A stretch of 64,000 nucleotides of DNA from positions 75,055 through 139,054 of the forward strand of contig CAWEDF010000031.1 in assembly GCA_963807655.1 (NCBI GenBank), in the 5' to 3' direction. Position 1 is the first letter of the stretch. Every line of letters starts with the position of its first letter. Shown here one piece after another: positions 39,932 through 48,198 of this stretch. The notes under the pieces are model-generated. The model did no database searches. It saw only the letters and a list, made by a program, of their open reading frames with translations, and was not told the DNA's origin. The DNA comes from an uncultured Acidobacteriaceae bacterium (GTDB lineage: Bacteria; Acidobacteriota; Terriglobia; Terriglobales; Acidobacteriaceae). Both the position numbers and the translations under genes were made by a program.

Positions 39932-40405
39932 ATGGCGAAGAAGCTCTCCCACTACGACGCAGTAGGCCGCGCCCGCATGGTCGATGTCTCCGGCAAAGCC
40001 GCCACCCGGCGCGAGGCCCGAGCCAGCGCCTTCGTACTCATGCCGCCGGCAGTCCTGAAGGCGCTCCCGAAAAATCCCAAAGGCGATCCTCTCGAAGTAG
40101 CCCGCCTCGCCGGAATCATGGCCGCCAAGCGCACCTCGGAATTGATCCCCATGTGCCACGCCCTGCCCCTCTCCCACGTTGATGTCGAGATGAGCCTATG
40201 CGAGAATGGCGTCGCGATCACTACCAGAGTAGCCACCACCGCAGAAACAGGAGTCGAAATGGAGGCCCTGGTAGCAGCAGGAATTTCCGCCCTCACGATT
40301 TATGACATGCTGAAGGGGATGGATAAGGGGATTGAGATTCGGAAAATTGTCTTGGAACGTAAGAGTGGCGGCAAGAGTGGAGAGTACCGGCGGGTGAAGA
40401 AGTAA
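39932..40405 (+). CDS. moaC: Cyclic pyranopterin monophosphate synthase
   Basis: 157 aa with MVDVSGKAATRREARA and TSELIPMCHALPL. Confidence 0.92.
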   Translation: MAKKLSHYDAVGRARMVDVSGKAATRREARASAFVLMPPAVLKALPKNPKGDPLEVARLAGIMAAKRTSELIPMCHALPLSHVDVEMSLCENGVAITTRVATTAETGVEMEALVAAGISALTIYDMLKGMDKGIEIRKIVLERKSGGKSGEYRRVKK

Positions 40406-40425
40406 CGTGCATTCCGATTGATTCC

Positions 40426-41280
40426 ATGGCGAACGACGTCAAGCTGCTCCTTGTCGATGACAACCCAATGGTACTGGGGATGTTGCAGCATGCGCTGGCT
40501 CCGTTTGCGCGGGTTGTGGCTGCCGGCGATGCGGCTGACGCTTTGCTTAAGGCTGTTGACGATCCTCCGGAGCTGGTGGTTTGCGATTACCGGATGCCGG
40601 GAATGGATGGGCGGCAATTGGTGGAGAAGCTGAAAAGCCGGCCGGCTACGGCTAATTTTTCCGCGATCCTGCTGGCTAGCCGGGCGGACATTGATGAGCG
40701 TCTATCTCCGCAGGATGCGGCCGACGACTATATTGCCAAGCCCTTCTTTCTGAAAGAAGCTACGCGGCGTATCAAGCGCACGGTGGATCGCATTGCGCTT
40801 GAGAAGATGGCCAAGACCGCTCCCTCTGACGGCGTGGTGCGCGGGAATCTTTCGCAGATGAATGTGATTGACCTGATGCAGTCGCTTGAAATGGGGCGCA
40901 AGAGCTGCCAGCTCAAGCTCAACAACGAAGGCGAAAAGTGCGAAGTCTTTTTTGTTGAGGGACAGGTCAAGCACGCTACTTACGGATCTTTGTCGGGGGA
41001 TGAGGCAGTCTTTAAGGTGCTGCGCTGGACCGGCGGCAACTTCGAACTTAACTTCGAGGGCAAGACGGATCAGGAAACCACCAAGCTCAACACCCAGGGT
41101 CTGCTGATGGAGGGGTTGAGACTGCTCGACGAATCGCAGCGCGATGCCGGCGCGGAGGCGCCTGAAGAGAGCGCTGAGAGCGCCAGTGCGAGTGCCGGAG
41201 CCGAGTCTGGTGTGAACACTGGCAGTGCCTCCGGCGGCGGCCGGACGGAAGAGGAAGAAGATGTCCTCCTCGACAACTGA
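40426..41280 (+). CDS. Response regulator receiver domain fused to a DUF4388 (PATAN-like) domain
   Basis: LLVDDNPMV...VVCDYRMPGMDG (REC domain), then GNLSQMNVIDLMQSLEMGRKSCQL...GDEAVFKVLRW. Confidence 0.8.
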   Translation: MANDVKLLLVDDNPMVLGMLQHALAPFARVVAAGDAADALLKAVDDPPELVVCDYRMPGMDGRQLVEKLKSRPATANFSAILLASRADIDERLSPQDAADDYIAKPFFLKEATRRIKRTVDRIALEKMAKTAPSDGVVRGNLSQMNVIDLMQSLEMGRKSCQLKLNNEGEKCEVFFVEGQVKHATYGSLSGDEAVFKVLRWTGGNFELNFEGKTDQETTKLNTQGLLMEGLRLLDESQRDAGAEAPEESAESASASAGAESGVNTGSASGGGRTEEEEDVLLDN

Positions 41281-41764
41281 GGGCTCCGTTGTTTTTACTG
41301 CCGCTGTGGTTACGGTCAGCGATTCCTGCTCTCGGGGGGAACGAGAGGATCTCTCGGGGCCGGCAGTTGTCGAGGTACTGAAGAGGTCCGGGTTTCACGT
41401 CGTCCATACGCAGATCGTGCAGGACGACTCCATGCAGATTCAGAATGCGCTCGTTCATCTGGCTCTCGAAGTGCGCTTCATCGTCACCACGGGTGGGACG
41501 GGGATTGCGCCGCGCGATGTTACTCCGGAGGCGACTGCGGCGATTTGCGATCGTCTGATTGACGGCGTGGGTGAGCGCATGCGGCTTGAAGGCGCTAAGA
41601 AAACTTCGTTTGCAGCCTTGAGCCGGGGAGTTTGCGGGGTGCGGGAGAAAACTCTGATTCTGAATCTGCCGGGTAGTCCCGGCGGGGCGGTGGAATCTTT
41701 GGAGGCTGTGCTGGGGTTGATTCCTCATGCGTTGAATTTGCTGGAGGGGAAGACGGAGCACTAG
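41261..41764 (+). CDS. mogA: Molybdenum cofactor biosynthesis protein MogA/MoaB family
   Basis: The ATG at 41261 overlaps the end of the response-regulator gene. Contains VTVSDSCSRGEREDLSGP and TTGGTGIAPRDVTPEAT. Confidence 0.85.
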   Translation: MSSSTTEGSVVFTAAVVTVSDSCSRGEREDLSGPAVVEVLKRSGFHVVHTQIVQDDSMQIQNALVHLALEVRFIVTTGGTGIAPRDVTPEATAAICDRLIDGVGERMRLEGAKKTSFAALSRGVCGVREKTLILNLPGSPGGAVESLEAVLGLIPHALNLLEGKTEH

Positions 41765-41791
41765 CGACAGGGGACGACTTCGAAGTCGAAT

Positions 41792-41824
41792 CCCCACTTC
41801 TCGCAAAGAACGCGAGAAATGGGG
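41792..41824. repeat. REP-like hairpin ccccacttctcgc-aaagaac-gcgagaaatgggg
   Basis: Same architecture as the cccacctttgc-aaaaaac-gcaaaggtggg units inserted in selB. Confidence 0.75.
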
Positions 41825-41896
41825 CTCCCGGCACTTGAGATTATAAATCTGTTGCGGGGCGGGCGGAGTCGGGCTGGGCGGCCGGGTTCTGGCGTT

Positions 41897-41941
41897 ATGT
41901 TCCGACTGGAACATAGTGCGCGAATGTTCCAACTGGAACAT
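41897..41941. promoter_or_regulatory. Two 18-bp palindromes, ATGTTCC-N4-GGAACAT (41897-41914 and 41924-41941); parS-like protein-binding-site candidates
   Basis: Sequences are atgttccgactggaacat and atgttccaactggaacat, centres 27 bp apart. A further GGAACAC half-site lies at 41957-41963. Confidence 0.5.
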
Positions 41942-42257
41942 AACTCACATTTTACCGGAACACTGTGGAAATCTCGGAAAACCACCTTAAAGCTATAGTT
42001 GGGGGGCGGCAAGTGGCTGGGAGGGTGGGGTTTAGGGAAAGGGTCGCAAAACGCGGCTAAAAGGACACAGGGCGAAGGAAAAGCGGGCAACATCGCCCTT
42101 GGTGCTGGCAATCGGCGGGGGTGAGTGCCAATTACATGGACTTGCGGGGTGTAGGGACGTCCCGTCTGTCCGTCCCCGGACTCGGATTTTCGAAAACTCC
42201 GACGGCCAGACACTTGACGCGACGAGTGCCAGTTTGGGACCGGTTGCCGGAGCTGCT

Positions 42258-43352
42258 TTAGCTCATTACGAAGTGGCAGTCGACCTCTAACAGGCACCCG
42301 AGGGACCCCGGGCTGAAGGATCGGGTCTGGCGGTTCCTTATTTCGCTGGTTCTCGAAGAAACTAGTTGCACCTTCCTGCCAGATTTAGCGGACATATCGC
42401 GCAGGCATTTGCGAATCTCCTCTGGGGATTGTCGTCGGCTTCCGATTCGCAGGACGAGGTGCGCGTTCTTTTCAAGAACTGCGCCAAGGGAGCGCCACAT
42501 ATCCCCTATGAAAGACCAGTATTTCTCCTCTCGGGTATGCCTGTCGTCGCCGCCGAGCCGGCTTCTGGTCGGAAAAGGGGGACCTCCCAAGAACCACAAG
42601 CGCAGCCACTGATCCTCCTCGAAGTTTGTCACGTCCAAGTAAGGCGGGGATGTTACGACACACCGTACCGCCAGCTCGCGCATATCCATGAGGTAGGGCA
42701 GCTTCCTCATATCAGAGTGGAATACGAGAGAGTGAGCGTTTGGTAGCGGGCTAATGTATCGATAGTCAGTCCTGTTACGGACGACGTCAAAGACGTCGCG
42801 GTTTGGCGGGTGCCAGTTACGGTTCCTCCAGAAGCGGACCGAGTAATCGGGTTTGGTGCTGATTGTTCTGGGCATCTGATTGGACAAGTAAGCTGGACTT
42901 GTTCGCGACTCGCCATGCAGAGAACCCAGGACCAAGGCGGCGATCATTGCGTCGATCTTCGACGTGCGCCAGCGTAGACGTTCGCGGAGAAAAACCAGTT
43001 GGGATAAGGTTTTCGTTGAGAACGCCCACTTGAAAAATAGAGGAAGACTCTTCCAGGTAGCGTTGACATCAGTCTCCCGGCATTCGTCCTCGAGTTGCCG
43101 AAGTCGACGCTGTAACGTCTTGTATTGTGGAGGGTTCGTTTTTGCGAGCGTGAGGCAGTAGGCTACGTCGTTTGTATCGGAGGAAATTGCCTGCCTGTTC
43201 AAGAGCACCGCGGACAGCGCTGTCGTGCCCCGGCCGCTGAACGGATCCAGGACATACTCACCTGGAAGCGTGAGTCGTTCGATCCACTTTTCAGCGAACT
43301 GTTCGGGAAACATAGCGAAATAAGGACAGAGCGAGTGGAACCTGTTTCTCAT
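42258..43352 (-). CDS. DNA methyltransferase (N6-adenine or N4-cytosine; AdoMet motif precedes the SPPY motif)
   Basis: From the ATG at 43352, which forms an ATGA overlap with the upstream stop: FPEQFAEKWIERLTLPGEYVLDPFSGRGTT, then about 190 aa later VVTSPPYLDV. Confidence 0.8.
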   Translation of the reverse strand: MRNRFHSLCPYFAMFPEQFAEKWIERLTLPGEYVLDPFSGRGTTALSAVLLNRQAISSDTNDVAYCLTLAKTNPPQYKTLQRRLRQLEDECRETDVNATWKSLPLFFKWAFSTKTLSQLVFLRERLRWRTSKIDAMIAALVLGSLHGESRTSPAYLSNQMPRTISTKPDYSVRFWRNRNWHPPNRDVFDVVRNRTDYRYISPLPNAHSLVFHSDMRKLPYLMDMRELAVRCVVTSPPYLDVTNFEEDQWLRLWFLGGPPFPTRSRLGGDDRHTREEKYWSFIGDMWRSLGAVLEKNAHLVLRIGSRRQSPEEIRKCLRDMSAKSGRKVQLVSSRTSEIRNRQTRSFSPGSLGCLLEVDCHFVMS

Positions 43353-44316
43353 TTTTTGGGGGTACGTTTTCGCTGTCGTTGAATTGCTGCGCGGACCCAA
43401 GCCCTGCACTGCGAAAGTACTTCGGGTCGAATCGCATTCCCGTATTGGGTGATTCTGCACCTATCGAACAAAATTCCCGCTCGGTCGGTATGGGAAGACC
43501 ACTGGCTTCTCTCTACCCTCGACGGGATCATGTAAAGCTTGACGGGTTCGACCATGAACGGCTGCCGCATATATTCTCTCGAAAATTTCGCGGGCTGGAG
43601 CCTGTCAAGATGTTCCTTCCAATTCACTCCGGTCTTGCATTGAGCGAAACCGATTAGGTTGCCAGGTCTACCATCATTGAACTTTCTCCAACTCACCAGG
43701 TCTAACTTGCCGTCGCCACCGCCTGGTGGTTTGGCGTCCTTTTTCCATCCCGCTCCTTCGCCCACATGCTCGCACAGTTTTTCTATGTTCTCCCTAAATG
43801 CGTGCGCGGTACTTTTCTTTTTGCAGCGGTGCCGAAAACAAAACTACCCGAGTGCGGGCCACTTGCGGCCCAGAAGCTAGCGAGAACATCACCACAGAGC
43901 ATCTCGAAAACCTTGGTCGGATCAATCGATTCCAGCACTCTTGCCTTCGATTCCATACTCATTCGTGATATGAGTAAAAGGAACCAGTAAAGACAGGCAA
44001 CGTTGGAGGTTGAGCGAAACGGATATCTGATTTCTAACGCGGTCTTGGTCTGATTAAGAACGAAGGGGTACGAGTTGGTTGCGTTTTGACGTTGGCCGCA
44101 GACGGCAATCCTATCTTCCAATTCTAGGAATGCATCTGACGCCATTGTCTCGGCCCTTTCGTCGGCAATCTTGCTTGCTCTCGTGAGTTCCCGCTTCAGA
44201 TCCTCTCGCGAGATTTTACCGTCGGCCTTGAAGAGGCAGTTTATCTCAACCCAATCGGCGGCGTTCACGCGGAAATCGTCGGTGCTTGGGTGTGGGGATA
44301 AAAGGGGGCTACTCAT
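43349..44316 (-). pseudogene. Putative restriction-type nuclease (unknown N-domain plus Mrr-like PD-(D/E)xK C-domain), split at an A5 tract
   Basis: ORF 43783..44316 and ORF 43349..43765 join into about 322 aa if A5 (43818-43822) is read as A6: ...FGTAAKKKSTAHAFRENIEKLCEHVGEGAGW...GGGDGKLDLVSWRKF...LIGFAQCKTG. Confidence 0.55.
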
Positions 44317-45562
44317 TGTTTCCGGCCGCCGCTGTCGCTCGGTCGTTGCGCTTGCGCTTCAGTCTCATCGCATCCACGAGTTCACCAGCTAATTGCTCTA
44401 TCGTTAGCGCGACCTTGAGGGCATCGGAATCATCGCTAGAATAACCAGTCGGAAGAGTGCCATATGCCCTTTGGAGAGCGGCTTTCGCTTGTTGAAGCGA
44501 TTGAACGAATATCTTCTCGTCGCCGAGGCTGATATCGAGCGCAACATACAGGGGTAACCCGTCCCTTAGGGCCCTGATCCCATCTTCGGACTGGAGCACT
44601 CTGTCGAGATTCTTCAGGTCTGGGTTCTGGGACTTGATTAAGGACGGCTTGCCCGCTCGCTCGCCGTAAAGCCACGTCATTAGCTGGCCGAGGTTTGAAA
44701 CCCTTCTTGTGGGCACGGGGTTTTTTAGCGTTGCACCCTTTTGCTCAAGACCTAGGAACGATCGAATCCCCGGATAATCCATGCCCGTGTAGATGTAGTT
44801 AAAGTGGAACTTTGACTTCGCAATATTCGCCCGAGAGAACACCTTGGATCTTTCGGCCTCCTCCACGATCATCAGGCCGCGGTACATCCTTTGGACGAGC
44901 GAAGTGTAATCGCCAAGTTGTGCCGCTATCTGGTCCAGTGGTACGCCGTATTCATTGTGGACATGAGCGACATACTGCGCCTTTGCATAAGAGCCCCAAG
45001 GCGCCGGGCCATTCACGTGCTTGAACCCAAGGTAGCGCCAAGCTTCCTTTCTTGTCGTCACTATAACTGGCAAGGTTCGCAGCTCTTTTGCCGCCTCAGC
45101 CGAGATCCTCGGCAGGTCGGTTGCCCGTAGTCTCTCCCTGAGCGTTCCGTCAAGTAGCAGCTTGACTGCTGCCAAACGGCGGTTGCCCTCGATAACTGTG
45201 AACTTGCCGTCTTTACCCCTCTCTACGAACAGTGGCTCATGTTCAAAATACCCATTGTGCGCAATTGAGGCAGCGACCTCTTCGACAGCCATCTCCTTCC
45301 AGAGCTGCTTTAGCAAATCGGACTGACTGGTTTCCGGGCTGAGCCCGAACTCGGCGAGCCGCGGGTTCGAGCTGTCAAAACGCAGATCCTCGATCTTGGC
45401 TCGTTCGTAGACTCCTGTCGGAGGGGAGGCTGCAGGGCGGTCTTGTTGTCGAGCGTAGGCATTTTGCGTAAGCGTACTCAATTCTGCAGCTGGTTGCAAC
45501 GAATTCGGTAGCCGATGGAAGGGTGCGAGGTCTGGTGCCGTCCCTGCGGGACTCGGTCCCAT
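44309..45562 (-). CDS. ParB/Srx N-terminal-domain protein with HTH-like middle domain
   Basis: 417 aa. PLFVERGKDGKFTVIEGNRRLAAVKLL resembles ParB box II (GERRxRAA). GVPLDQIAAQLGDYTSLVQRMYRGL looks like an HTH. An 8-nt overlap joins it to the next gene. Confidence 0.65.
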   Translation of the reverse strand: MGPSPAGTAPDLAPFHRLPNSLQPAAELSTLTQNAYARQQDRPAASPPTGVYERAKIEDLRFDSSNPRLAEFGLSPETSQSDLLKQLWKEMAVEEVAASIAHNGYFEHEPLFVERGKDGKFTVIEGNRRLAAVKLLLDGTLRERLRATDLPRISAEAAKELRTLPVIVTTRKEAWRYLGFKHVNGPAPWGSYAKAQYVAHVHNEYGVPLDQIAAQLGDYTSLVQRMYRGLMIVEEAERSKVFSRANIAKSKFHFNYIYTGMDYPGIRSFLGLEQKGATLKNPVPTRRVSNLGQLMTWLYGERAGKPSLIKSQNPDLKNLDRVLQSEDGIRALRDGLPLYVALDISLGDEKIFVQSLQQAKAALQRAYGTLPTGYSSDDSDALKVALTIEQLAGELVDAMRLKRKRNDRATAAAGNNE

Positions 45563-45587
45563 TTCTTGCGGCTGGCCTAGAGCTTAC

Positions 45588-45761
45588 GTCCTTTCGGCAA
45601 GCTCAGGGCAGGCTCTGGTCTATTGTCTGCCGCCCCTCCGGGGCTGGAGTTGGGTGGTTTCGGGCCGCATCTTTCCCTGGGATTCGGCTTTACGCGGCAA
45701 ATACAAAAAAGCAGGTCCCTCCACTCCGCTCGCTTTCGCTCCGCGTCGGTCGGGATGACAG
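45588..45761. repeat. Cluster of REP-like units, including a 21-mer shared with the selB insertion and a gtcgggatgaca-type unit
   Basis: ttcggcaagctcagggcaggc at 45593-45613 is identical to 11570-11590. ctccgctcgctttcgctccgcgtcggtcgggatgaca lies at 45725-45761. Confidence 0.75.
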
Positions 45762-45802
45762 AGTTTTGTGTGGGATTGGCTCAAGACACGCGGGAGCTTG
45801 AA

Positions 45803-46117
45803 TCAGGCCTGGAATTCGCCGGCTTCGGGGAAGCGGAGTTTGCACTTGGCCAGGTTGAGGGCCAGGAGTTCTTCGATCTTGGTTTCTTCGCAGTTGCGGG
45901 ACATGGCTAGTTCGCTTACCAGCAAGTAGCGGGCGCGTTCGAGCATCTTCTTTTCGCGGAAGGACAGGGGCCATGCGCACCGGCTCCCTGTTTGAGGTCG
46001 CCAGTGTCCTTAAGAGCCTGATCGCCCTCCACCAGTGCAAAAAATTCTCGACTTCCTCTCCATCGCCGAAAACCTCACCACCGCCGACTGGAAAGACCGC
46101 TTCAAAGAAAACTCCGA
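45803..46117 (-). pseudogene. Scrambled remnant of carD: a direct copy of the 3' ~170 nt, then two internal blocks each in inverted orientation
   Basis: 45803-45972 aligns to 47654-47823 with about 7 mismatches. 45971-46036 matches the reverse complement of 47824-47892. 46037-46117 matches the reverse complement of 47893-47972. Confidence 0.85.
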
Positions 46118-46220
46118 CTCCCGTCTGTCCACGGATTCCAGGATTTGCCGCCACTCGTACGTATTTGCAAAACAACCCATTTGCCAGCAGTGAGCATCCG
46201 TTTACGCGTTTGGAGCCTAA

Positions 46221-46760
46221 ATGAGTAAGAACAATGGAATGGCCAATCCGTTCCGCCTCAAGCCTTTCGATTCCTCAGACAAGCGACTCCTTCGGGTGGT
46301 TATTGAAACTCCGAAGGGTAGCCGAAACAAGTTTGCTTTCAATCCCGATGACCAGATTTTCGAACTGAAGAAGGTGCTGCCCGCCGGCATGGCATTCCCT
46401 TATGACTTTGGATTCGTCCCGTCAACGAAAGCCGATGATGGCGATCCCGTAGATGTGCTGGTGCTGATGGACGAACCTGCATTCCCCGGATGTCTGCTCA
46501 CATGCAGACCCATCGGTGTTATCCAAGGGGACCAAGGCGACAACAAACGAAGAGTACGAAATGACCGAATTGTTGCAGTTGAAAAGGATGCGCACAGTTG
46601 GGCCGACATCAAAACTGTCAACGATCTCGGAAAGCAATTCGTTCGGGAACTGGAAGAATTCTTTGTGGACTACCACAAGCTATCGGGCGAACAGTATCGT
46701 GTGCTGGGGGTGAAGGGGCGGGATCCAGCCAGAAAGCTCGTGAAATCAGGAATGCGATGA
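46221..46760 (+). CDS. ppa: Inorganic pyrophosphatase (family I)
   Basis: 179 aa with VIETPKGSRNKFAF, FPYDFGFVPSTKADDGDPVDVLVL. Confidence 0.92.
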   Translation: MSKNNGMANPFRLKPFDSSDKRLLRVVIETPKGSRNKFAFNPDDQIFELKKVLPAGMAFPYDFGFVPSTKADDGDPVDVLVLMDEPAFPGCLLTCRPIGVIQGDQGDNKRRVRNDRIVAVEKDAHSWADIKTVNDLGKQFVRELEEFFVDYHKLSGEQYRVLGVKGRDPARKLVKSGMR

Positions 46761-46764
46761 ACAA

Positions 46765-47118
46765 GTGGGTGGTATGACGCAGATTCTAATTCGATTTCTT
46801 ATCGGCGGACTGGTTGTTTCTGCCTTCGCGGTCGTAGGCGATCTCTTAAAACCGAAGAGTTTCGCCGGGCTGTTTGGGGCAGCGCCTTCTGTCGCGCTTG
46901 CCACTTTGGGGCTGACTGTCGCAACCGAGGGTGCGGCTTACGCTGCAACTGAGGCTCGCTCGATGATGGCAGGGGCAATCGCTTTCTTCGCTTATGCTTC
47001 GTTCGTGAGCTGGGTATTAATGCGTTACAAACCAAAGGCCCTCTGGGTCACGATTTGTTCGATTCCTGTCTGGATCGGGGTAGCGTTCGGGATATGGGAA
47101 GTAGGGCTGAAGCAGTGA
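46765..47118 (+). CDS. DUF3147-family small membrane protein
   Basis: 117 aa, four hydrophobic segments, IRFLIGGLVVSAFAVVGD. Confidence 0.65.
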   Translation: MGGMTQILIRFLIGGLVVSAFAVVGDLLKPKSFAGLFGAAPSVALATLGLTVATEGAAYAATEARSMMAGAIAFFAYASFVSWVLMRYKPKALWVTICSIPVWIGVAFGIWEVGLKQ

Positions 47119-47544
47119 ATGGCAATGAGAATCCAAATTGATGTCTCCGCTTTCAGGAAAACAAAGTGGTACGAATATGCCGTCCGATTCGTCTTCGGAG
47201 GACTAATCACTGCTGTCGCGGGAATTATCGCCAAGAAGTTCGGCGCTGGCATTGGCGGCTTGTTCTTGGCCTTTCCGGCAATCCTCCCCGCAAGCGCAAC
47301 CCTAATAGAAAAACATGAAACGGAGAAGAAACAATCATATGGGCTCGAAGGAACGAAACGCGGAAGAAGTGCAGCCAGTGTTGATGCGGCCGGGTCGTCG
47401 ATTGGCAGCTTGGGATTACTGGTTTTTGCGGTGCTCGTTTGGCAGTTCATAGCCAGACACGGTACTGGGGTAGTCCTAGCCGGCGCTACGCTGGCATGGC
47501 TGACGGTTTCAGTGCTGGTCTGGCATGTTCGCAAACGAGCCTAA
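47119..47544 (+). CDS. DUF3147-family small membrane protein (second copy)
   Basis: 141 aa with VRFVFGGLITAVAG...GGLFLAFPAILPAS. It abuts the previous gene. Confidence 0.6.
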   Translation: MAMRIQIDVSAFRKTKWYEYAVRFVFGGLITAVAGIIAKKFGAGIGGLFLAFPAILPASATLIEKHETEKKQSYGLEGTKRGRSAASVDAAGSSIGSLGLLVFAVLVWQFIARHGTGVVLAGATLAWLTVSVLVWHVRKRA

Positions 47545-47652
47545 TCCAAAAAAGAACGGGCCGGCGCAATTAATGACTACTTCAGGGTCTTGACCTTCTT
47601 CGCACACAGCCATCCACTATTCTTGGAGGCTCCCCGCAAGCTGGTCGCCAGC

Positions 47653-48198
47653 TCAGGCCTGGAATTCGCTGGCTTCGGGGAAGCGGAGTTTGCACTTGGC
47701 GAGGTTGAGGGCCAGGAGTTCTTCGATCTTGGTTTCTTCGCAGTTGCGGGACATGGCTAGTTCGCTGACCAGGAGGTAGCGGGCGCGTTCCAGCATCTTT
47801 TTTTCGCGGAAGGACAGGGGCTTGGCCTGGTGGAGGGCGATCAGGCTCTTGAGGACACTGGCGACCTCGAACAAGGAGCCGGTGCGCATGCGGTCGGAGT
47901 TTTCTTTGAAGCGGTCTTTCCAGTCGGCGGTGGTGAGGTTTTCGGCGATGGAGAGGAAGTCGAGAATCTTCTGCACCTCGCCGTTGCGGACTACCCGGCG
48001 AATGCCCACGCTGCCTACGTTGTTGCAGGGCACCATGACCTTGAGACTGCTGGCCTTGATGTTGAGGAGATAGAACTTTTCCACCGTGGCGCCGATGGAG
48101 CGGCTGCTGATTTGTTCGATTACGCCCACACCGTGGTTGGGATAGACGACCTTGTCGCCTATGTGGAAATTCAGATCTACACCATTCATAAAAAGCAC
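47653..48198 (-). CDS. carD: CarD/CdnL-family RNA-polymerase-binding transcription regulator
   Basis: FHIGDKVVYPNHGVGVIEQI...KFYLLNI (TRCF-RID-like N-domain). The start may be the ATG at 48189. Confidence 0.9.
   Translation of the reverse strand: MLFMNGVDLNFHIGDKVVYPNHGVGVIEQISSRSIGATVEKFYLLNIKASSLKVMVPCNNVGSVGIRRVVRNGEVQKILDFLSIAENLTTADWKDRFKENSDRMRTGSLFEVASVLKSLIALHQAKPLSFREKKMLERARYLLVSELAMSRNCEETKIEELLALNLAKCKLRFPEASEFQA

Noticed and set aside
42000-42250. G-rich 250-nt non-coding stretch downstream of the methyltransferase as an ncRNA or G-quadruplex element.
   Set aside because: I could find no convincing conserved stem structure or known RNA family signature by eye. The listed ORFs here (41761..42297 minus, 42099..42290 plus) look non-coding.
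45690-46224. ORFs 45690..46175 (-) and 45973..46224 (+) as genes.
   Set aside because: They are read-throughs of the scrambled carD fragments and REP units. Their similarity to real protein is explained by the carD-derived blocks.
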